A stretch of DNA of 64,000 nucleotides, from NCBI GenBank assembly GCA_951406725.2, contig OX597823.1, forward strand, positions 62,310,001 to 62,374,000, given 5' to 3'. The DNA is from Octopus vulgaris. Taxonomy: Eukaryota. This document shows positions 54,100-64,000 of this stretch, one piece after another; position 1 is the first letter of the stretch, and the number at the start of each line of letters is the position of its first letter. Below the pieces are notes generated by a model. The model had not been told where the DNA came from. It searched no databases and saw only the letters and a program-made list of their open reading frames with translations. A program made the translations under genes and the position numbers.

Positions 54100-55300
54100 T
54101 AACTGTTTTTCAGAATAGTAAGCTTATCCAACTAGAGTATCTAAAATAATGTCCCATCAGAGAAGTGCTTGTGTCACTAGAAGAAACAAAAAAAAATTTG
54201 GACGAAGAATCTCGTGCAATTTCAAGACTCATAGGAAAAGAAGACCTGTTCTTCTTGAAGAGCATTCTTTGGTAAACTACTACAGGATACCAATGAAACT
54301 TCAAATTGTCGGTTGCTACCTGTTTCTTGGCGGTACCATCAAAGGAAGGAAAGAAAGAACAAAAGAAATCTCGAAAGAAGTAACTTTTTTATGACAAAAG
54401 AAATTAAATTTTCATTATTTATTAATATGTGCTGAATACCGACGATAAATGTGTAAATCGAGGGAAATACGATTCATTGAAAGGAATTTTTGATATCACA
54501 AAAGAAAATGGTGAATGGCTGTGCAGTGAGGATAGAAGGTTATATTATCTTCAAATTGAAAGCAAGGAACAGGCTGGGCATGCAACTGGAAAGGCAGCCA
54601 GTTTCAAAATTATCCATCCATCCATCCAAAAGAAGAAAAGTGTCCTTAATGCCAACTTCAATCAGAGCAACTCTAGTGTCATCACCAATATCTGAAGCAG
54701 AGAGTGAAGGTGAATATCAAGAGTCTGTAAAATCAGACGAAGAATCCACACAAACAAGGAGGAAGTATAGCAAAGCTGGAACTCCAGCCAAGTTAGTAAT
54801 ATCTTCCAAGCTATAAGCCAAAAAAGCAGCAAAAGTTTGTCGATAATTATCTCAAAATGGAATCAATGTCGAGACTCCTTCCCAATCTGGTATTCACAGA
54901 TCGACTATCAAAGAAACTGTTAAACTAAAAACGAAAATGAAAAAAAAAAAACGCTACATTTAGAAAACTGGTCATTACATTTTGATGTTAAACATATTGA
55001 TGACCAAGAATACCAAGTGCTAGTTTTAAAGAATGAACAGAAAGAAGTTAAGTTAGAAGCACTCCAATTAACAAACAGAAAATACAATACTATTGTGAAA
55101 GGGATAACAGCTGTTTTAGATGAATACAATTTATGGATGATTGTCGCAGATACAATGAGTGTGAACACTGGTAAAAAAAATGGCATTGTCATTCAGTTGC
55201 AAAGACTGTTTGCTCAAAAGGGTTTGAAAGAACCGCAATTTATTGGCATCAGTATCATATCCTTGATAGAGTTCTTCGTGTTGTAATGGCTAACGAACTT
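54100..55300 (+). mobile_element. Decayed DDE transposase (hAT-related, HFD..K / DT..VNTG..G / xxHI type)
   Basis: WSLHFDVKHID...MIVADTMSVNTGKKNGIV...FIG..HILDRVLR across broken frames; superfamily assignment tentative. Confidence 0.6.
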
Positions 55301-55858
55301 GAAGAAAAAAAGTCGTCTCCCAATATTCGTTAGCCATTACAACTCGAAGAACTCTATCAAGGATATGATACTGATACCAATAAATTACGGTTCTTTCAAA
55401 CCCTTTTGAGCAAACAGTCTTTGCAACTGAATGACAATGCCATTTTTTTACCAGTGTTCACACTCATTGTATCAGCGGCGATCATCCATAAATTGTATTC
55501 ATCTAAAACAGCTGTTATCCCTTTCACAACAGTATCGGCTTTTCCGTTTGGTAATTGGAGTGCTTCTAACTTAATGTGAGACCAGAAGAAAAGCCGCTAA
55601 GCATTTCACCCGTCGTGCTAACGATTCCACTATCTTGCCGCCTTTATCACTCAAAATAGCACATCGTTAATAGCTAAATGCTTTCATAGCAGAAAACAGC
55701 AATGAACCTAGCTAAAATCTGTGCTAGAGGGCTAGTAGCTCTAGCATCGTCGAAACTTAAATGATTATAATAAAACGGTAGATTGATCATTTTCAACAGT
55801 GTTAACATCACAAATGACTAAAATAGACTTAAATGCGGTAATCCGCAAGAGTATGAAG

Positions 55859-56385
<527 letters not shown>

Positions 56386-56686
56386 GAAATGAGGTAATCA
56401 GAAGATCGGATGGTTCATATTTATAGATATTTATTTATATATTACATTTTTTACATATATATATCATATCATTCAGATCATATCATTCAGATTATTAGCG
56501 CTTTCTCCCATTCTAGTGGAATTTTCAAATCAAATTAATTCCTTTGTGGGGAATTTGATCATTTTATAGAGTTTCGTAGTAGTGGGGAGGAACAAGACAG
56601 TATAAGAGGGTGAGGTGGATGAGGTGGAAGTGAGAGAGAGAACATGTGTGTATGTGTATGTGTGTGTGTGTATGTGTGCGTTTGTA

Positions 56687-56774
<88 letters not shown>

Positions 56775-57393
56775 CAGTTATTGGATTGTGGTGCACACTC
56801 AGTCAGTCTCTTATGCTAGAATCTCACCATCAGCATACATCTTGAAGCGAAAATGAAATGTAAATCTGGGAACATGTGAAGCATCTTACGTCACCTGTTG
56901 AGGTTCTTTTTCACCGTGCATTGCACTTGGTGTTATTACATCGTTCAACGCCCACTAGGGACCAGTGCAGAATGAAACCGAAACGATTACTGTGCTAATA
57001 AATGCTTCTAGTTACACTCCCTTTCCGTATTGATCTTTTAATACACACACACACATACACACATACATACACATATCTATGTATGTATGTATGTATGTAT
57101 GTGTATGTGTATACATACATATATATGTATATACATGTATATATATACACACACACATACATATATATATACACATATATATGTGTGTGTATGTATATAG
57201 ATAGATAGACATTATATATATATAATTAGATATATATCAATTAGATATATATATACATATACATGTGTGTATATGTATATGTATGTATATATATATATAT
57301 ACATATACATGTGTGTATATGTACATGTGTGTATATGTATATGTATATATACATATACATGTGTGTATATGTGCATGTATGTATATGTATATG

Positions 57394-57725
<332 letters not shown>

Positions 57726-58060
57726 GTGTATATACATCTATATATATATATATATATAAATCCGGAGTAGAAGCACACTCTAAAACAGTGGTTCTGAAGA
57801 AAAATGGGGCGAAAATGGGGTGACCAAAACGGGACAATGTGTGTAAAAATAACAAATAATTTAAAGGATTAATTAAGTTTTATTTATGAAATAGTGTTGT
57901 TTTGAACTTTCTACAGAAAATGGTCTATGTGTGTGATGGTGAGTTGGGGAGGATACTAGGAATGTGGTCTTAGAACCAAGTGGGTAGCAGCCTGAAAAGT
58001 TTTGAGAACGACTGCTCTAAAATGTAGAGCAATAAGCAGCCTTCCACATTAATATATATA

Positions 58061-58457
58061 TCTTTATATATAAAAGTGAAGTTGTGTGTCTGTCTCCTAC
58101 GATTTAGATTCCTAACTACTCCTACATTTTGTGGTGCAGTTTAACCAAAACCGGGTATCTTATAGTCGTGATTCATATCGAGCCCTTCTGGGTATTAGCG
58201 TGCGTCTACGATGAGTCTACGATTTTAAAAAAAGTTTACCATCATTTTTTTCCATTTTAATGCATTTTTCGCTATTATATAAGGGAAGTAACTCTCTAAA
58301 AATGTCTACGATGAGTCAACGATTTTTAAAAAAATTTACCATAATTTTTTTCCATTTTTAATGCATTTTTTTTGCTATTTTTTGGCTATAACTCTCTAAA
58401 AATGCTTATATAGTTATTTCCCTTACAAACCCGAGCAACACCGGGCGATACTGCTTG
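58061..58457 (+). mobile_element. Non-autonomous Helitron
   Basis: A|TCTTTATATATAAA start, internal ~100-bp duplication, subterminal hairpin CCCGAGCAACACCGGG then CTTG|T (CTRR variant). Confidence 0.7.
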
Positions 58458-58477
58458 TTAATATATATATATATATA

Positions 58478-58900
58478 GCTGGAATTTACAGAAAAACAAA
58501 AGACGAAGATGGGTGTATAAAGAACAAACGTGTATTAGTTCAACGCTCGGGAGGGTGAGAAAGTCTTTTACGTTTCGAGCCTACGCTTTTCAACAGAAAG
58601 TAACACGAGAAAATAACAGAGAGAGAATGTTTAAAAAGCTTTAGAGGCTTGAGAGAAAACAGAATAAGAAAAAAAAACGAGTAAAAAAAACAATATGAAA
58701 AAGCAGAAAGTTCAAAAAAGTTCAAAAAGGTTCAAATGTCGTGGGGTATTGGAACGATTTTTCATCAACGGAAGAATCTAGTGAAATCCATATGTATATC
58801 CAGTAGTACTCCAGGTGGAATGCTGGTGTGTAGATGAGCAGAAGAGCAGAAAACCCAGGGAGAAGTCCGAAGTGTAGGAGGTTATAGCAGGATAAAATTT
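58478..58900 (-). mobile_element. pLTR-like element with hammerhead-like motif at 58565-58600
   Basis: CTTT-CTGTTGA-A-AAGC(GTAG)GCTC-GAAACGTA-AAAG on - strand; bounded by TA runs. Confidence 0.6.
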
Positions 58901-58913
58901 GATATATATATAT

Positions 58914-59247
58914 AATTGCAGCGTGGAAGGTGTTTGTAAGCCATTTAAGAAACACACAAAAGCCGTTCGATTCACTTCAACATTTAAGCTTAATGTGTCA
59001 AAATATTTTCGTCGCTAAAATCCGCGACCTGTTCACTGACAAAAAATGCAGCACGGATTTTTGTCAGTGAACAGGTCGCGGATTTTAGCGACGAAAATAT
59101 TTTGACAAATTAAAATTAAATGTTGAAGTGAATCGAACGGCTTTTGTGTGTTTCTTAAATGGCTTACAAACACCTTCCACGCTGCAATTGTTTTCGTTTC
59201 AGCACACGATCTCAGATCAAATCACTTGCTATGCGAGTACATCTCCG

Positions 59248-59250
<3 letters not shown>
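58914..59250. mobile_element. Fold-back cassette (~132-bp arms 58914-59045 / 59058-59189) plus 60-bp tail, in (TA)n
   Basis: Direct inspection of inverted arms; second family copy at 59962-60183. Confidence 0.8.
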
Positions 59251-59299
<49 letters not shown>

Positions 59300-59568
59300 T
59301 TATTTATTTATTTATTTATATACGTACAATCAAGTAAATAATAACAGCAGGGACGTGTGTGAAGTCTCTGGAAGCCAACTCTATTATTAGGATGTTCTTT
59401 AGTTTGTAAAATTACGTTCCATCTGATGATTACGGTTATTTGTAATGGAGTAATGTTATCATTCTTCTATTAAAAAGACGTGTAAGAAACAGTTGTAATA
59501 AGCTGAAAATTATCTATCGTATGTTATTATTCTTTTGATTATAATACACTAAGGGAATTTACGTATGC

Positions 59569-59617
<49 letters not shown>

Positions 59618-59709
59618 AGTATATATAAATATGTGTATATATATATATGTACATATACATACATGTGTGTATATATATGTATATATATATATATACATAC
59701 ATGTATATG

Positions 59710-59747
<38 letters not shown>

Positions 59748-59801
59748 CATGTATATGTATATAAATATATATATATATATATATATACATACATGTATAT
59801 G

Positions 59802-59857
<56 letters not shown>

Positions 59858-59905
59858 TACATATATATGTGTGTATATATATGTATATATATATATACAT
59901 ACATG

Positions 59906-59951
<46 letters not shown>

Positions 59952-59961
59952 TATATATATA

Positions 59962-60180
59962 TTACGGAGATGTACTCGCATAGCAAGTAATTTGATCTGA
60001 GATTGTGTGCTGAAACGAAAACAATTGCAGCGTGGAAGGTGTTTATAAGCCATTTAAGAAACACACAAAAGCCGTTCGATTCACTTCCACATTTAAGTTT
60101 AATTTGTCAAAATATTTACGTCGCTAAAATCCGCGACATGTTTACTGACAAAAATCACTTGCTATGCGAGTACATCTCCG

Positions 60181-60183
<3 letters not shown>
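59962..60183 (-). mobile_element. Second copy of the 58914-59250 family with a ~29-bp inverted terminal duplication
   Basis: Starts TTACGGAGATGTACTCGCATAGCAAGT, ends ACTTGCTATGCGAGTACATCTCCGTAA; body is the reverse complement of 59060-59250. Confidence 0.8.
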
Positions 60184-60261
<78 letters not shown>

Positions 60262-60307
60262 CATGTATATGTATATACATATACATACATATATCTATAT
60301 ATACACA

Positions 60308-60373
<66 letters not shown>

Positions 60374-60546
60374 CATATATTTTTTATCGATTTCTTTTTT
60401 CTTGTGTCTTTTTGTTGCCCAATAAACAGACGCACTATATATTTTTTCTTCACTCATTACTGTTATTTTATTATATAAACGCCTGTCCATTGTTCGGAAA
60501 TCTTTCGTCACACAGCTGTGACCTCTTCACCAACACTTATATACTT

Positions 60547-60635
<89 letters not shown>

Positions 60636-61062
60636 GTGTACGTACATATACATATATATGCACATATACATACATACATATATTAAACTGAGGTCAGGCT
60701 GGGGTACCGCCTTGAATGATAAAAGACTTCGGAAGCAACATTAATTGAATGAATCTACACAATGCTTATTTGTATTTAAACATGTCTTTTGCCGAACTGC
60801 TCATTTACAAGGACGTAAACACCTGTTGTCAGGCAATGGTGAGGGACAAACAGATACACACAGACAAAGATGCAGACACATATATAAATATATATATGAG
60901 ACTGACTTGTTTCAGTTTTCGTCCACCAAATCGACTCACAAGGTATTAATCGGTATAAGGCTATAGTAGAAGACCCTTGTCCAAGGTGCCATGCATTGGG
61001 ACTGGACCCAGAACCATGTGATGCACATACACACATACACACGCTTATATACTCATATTTAT

Positions 61063-61123
<61 letters not shown>

Positions 61124-61168
61124 GAATATACACGCATATGTATATACTTAAACTCACACACACACATG

Positions 61169-61255
<87 letters not shown>

Positions 61256-61329
61256 GTGTATGCGTGTGTGTGTGTGTTCCTGAATGGCCGGAGTCAAATG
61301 ACTGAAACAAGTAAAAATAAAAATAAAAA

Positions 61330-61396
<67 letters not shown>

Positions 61397-61488
61397 TTTT
61401 GTGTGTATGCGTGCATGTATGTGTGTTTGTTGTGTGTGTGTGTGTGTGTGTGTGTCTGTGTGTGCGTTTGTGTTGTGTGTGTGTTTGT

Positions 61489-61533
<45 letters not shown>

Positions 61534-61582
61534 TGTGTGTGTGTGCATGAATTAATACAATACTGCTGTCTCTGTCACTTAC

Positions 61583-61611
61583 CTGCCACATCTACGTAAA
61601 CGTCTGTCCAT
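61583..61611 (-). CDS. Candidate first coding exon of the DYRK4-like gene (ATG TGG CAG|gtaagt, M-W-Q; alternative upstream ATG at 61611)
   Basis: Perfect CAG|GTAAGT donor in a non-repetitive island; ATG at 61591 gives phase 0, compatible with the exon at 46801; no homology evidence. Confidence 0.3.
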
Positions 61612-61851
61612 GCTATGCCGACCACAAGTAAAGACCAAATAATATGCACCAGAGAAGATTACAAACAAACTTTCTGCTCAGTTGCTACGACGCTCTTGCA
61701 TTCGGGTCAACAAATACTTATTAGGAGTTCAATGGATTGTGTATTTATTTATTCATTACCATTTCATTAAGCTTTTACAAGATAGTACGCACAACGAAAC
61801 TGTCAAGCGACATCACTGATGATATAGTGTTTAGTCTTGTTTTCATATACA

Positions 61852-61886
<35 letters not shown>

Positions 61887-61967
61887 CTGTGTGCGTATGT
61901 ATATATATACGTATGCATATGTATGTATATATATATGTGTGTGTGGGTGTGTATATATACATACATA

Positions 61968-62022
<55 letters not shown>

Positions 62023-62166
62023 TTATATATATATATACATACATACATATACATAGAGAGAGAGAGAGAGATTTATGTTTTACTAGAGACAGGTATTTTT
62101 GTTTGAGTAAATTTCTTTGAGTACCGTTAAGTGTTTGTCTCTGGTATTCACATTTTCCACATCTTA

Positions 62167-62278
<112 letters not shown>

Positions 62279-62648
62279 GTTTCTTTATTAGCCACACAGG
62301 GCTGCACACAGACGGGACAGATTACAAAGTAGAGCTTTTCTTTATGGGGAGAAAAGAAAAAAAAAGAAAAAAGAAAATAAATAAAAAGTGGGGTAGGTTT
62401 TCGATCAAAAGAGATCGTAAAAGAGAAAGAAAAAAAGAAAAGAAAAGAAAAAGCGAAAGAAAAAAAAACGATCAATAGGACTCGTGTATCACAGAAATGT
62501 CATGATGTAAAGTGTAAAGGGGAAGCAGATAGGGTTTATCCGTGGAAAGAAAAGCCTACGGAAAAGATCACGGTAACCTCGGTCAATAGTGTCACATGTT
62601 AACACATTTGTTTGCAAGTAGGTAACCCTCTGTTTAAATTTTTTTCCG

Positions 62649-62712
<64 letters not shown>

Positions 62713-63001
62713 TTTTTATGTTTTATTTTTTCTGTCTTTGCTGGAAGACCGCTTTGAAGGGTTTTTAGTCAAAGAAATCTACCCCAATACTTACCTTTTT
62801 AACGCCTGGTGCTTATTTTATCGGCCCCTCCAATCCCAAACCTCTAAGTTACAGGGATGCAAACACACCAACACCGGTTGTCAAGTGGTGGTGGGCGACA
62901 GACACAAACACAGTCAAACGCGCGTGCACACACATGCACACACAGATATGTGTATATGTAAATATGTGTGTGTAGTGTGTGTGTGTATGTGCGTGTGTGT
63001 A

Positions 63002-63815
63002 CAGAGTGCCGTGAATAAACTATCGTCTAAACTGCGCAAAAATGAAAATAACATTGACATCTCATTTTAATGGATATATTTACCAAAATTACATTAAAAT
63101 ATCTTGAAATTCTAAAGAGTAAATTTATTCAATAAAATCTCCATTGGCTTCAACCACGGCCTCCAGACGACTTCGGAATCTCCTGTATCTCTTCTGGACG
63201 GTCTCCTTGTTTAAGCTGGTGAATGTTGTCACAGTCCTTGCCTTCAGTTCATCTTTGGTGTTAAAAAGAGGTTTTCTTTTTTTGGTCTCCATGTCAACTG
63301 TGCCCCTCACGTAATAATCAAGGAGGTTGCAGTCTGGAGAGTTAGGTAGCCAAATGTTAGGGGTGATGTGATCACAGAAATTGTGTGACAGCCATGACTG
63401 GATCCTCCTGCTTGCGTGGCATGGTGCAGAGTCCTGTTGCCAGACATAGAATCTTCCAGCAGCCACTCTCTTGACCCCAGAGTAACACTACCTCACCCAG
63501 GCACCTGATGTAGGCCTCCGTGTTGAGTCTGAGGCCATGTGGGAAGATGAGCGGAAGCATAACGTTGCCATCAGTAGTGATCACTCTAAAAACCATGATG
63601 TTGACTGGATGTTTGATTTTTATCATTCTCGATACATGTCCTCGGATTGCGCAATCCTCACATTGACATACAAACACTCTGAAATGTTCGTATTGGAGCT
63701 TCCGTCGCGAATGTCAAGCAACACAGCATGACGATTCCAAATTTCTGGCAGCGTAAATTGCGTCATGGTGCTGTTTTTCTCAAAGATGGTGCCCTATTAT
63801 ACTGTGTAGTCAGTC
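63002..63815 (-). mobile_element. Second copy of the DD37D (maT-like) deletion derivative
   Basis: ORFs 63125-63466 (QQD-37 aa-D: WQQDSAPCH...SPDCNLLDYY) and 63372-63677; collinear with 42117-42985. Confidence 0.85.
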
Positions 63816-63851
63816 AACAAAAGATATATGACGAGGGATTACTGCATGTAT

Positions 63852-63882
<31 letters not shown>

Positions 63883-64000
63883 CGCATATATGCATCCATG
63901 TATGTGTGTATTAGTCTTTGTAATTGCGTTTGTCCCCCCCCCCCACTGTTTGATAACCGGTTGGTATTGGTTTGTTTACACTCCTGTAACTTAGTAGTTC

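Overview
AT-rich, microsatellite-dense animal genomic DNA; the SINE families and repeat landscape suggest an octopus/cephalopod (inference from recognition, not a search). One protein-coding gene spans most of the window on the minus strand: a class-2 DYRK kinase (DYRK4-like). I reconstructed 11 GT-AG exons from 46801 down to a stop at 2102. All intron phases are consistent, giving 1602 nt (533 aa plus stop) with NAPA/DH-box, an intact kinase domain with the YTY activation loop, and a C-terminal FLPPI; the start exon is unresolved. The introns hold four tRNA-derived SINE families, R4/Dong-, Tx1- and CR1-like LINE remnants, DD37D (maT), mariner, hAT-like, Helitron and Helentron relics, and a young 1.65-kb foldback element with a 9-bp TSD, telomere-type repeats and a 163-bp hairpin array. 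The most notable unexplained signal is a set of about ten short, mostly (TA)n-embedded, often fold-back cassettes carrying hammerhead-ribozyme folds (Penelope pLTR/retrozyme-like). One is a complete canonical type-I hammerhead present on both strands of a 467-bp palindrome. Long inverted repeats are also dense in the pre-mRNA. Nearly all ORF-track entries are microsatellite or SINE artefacts.
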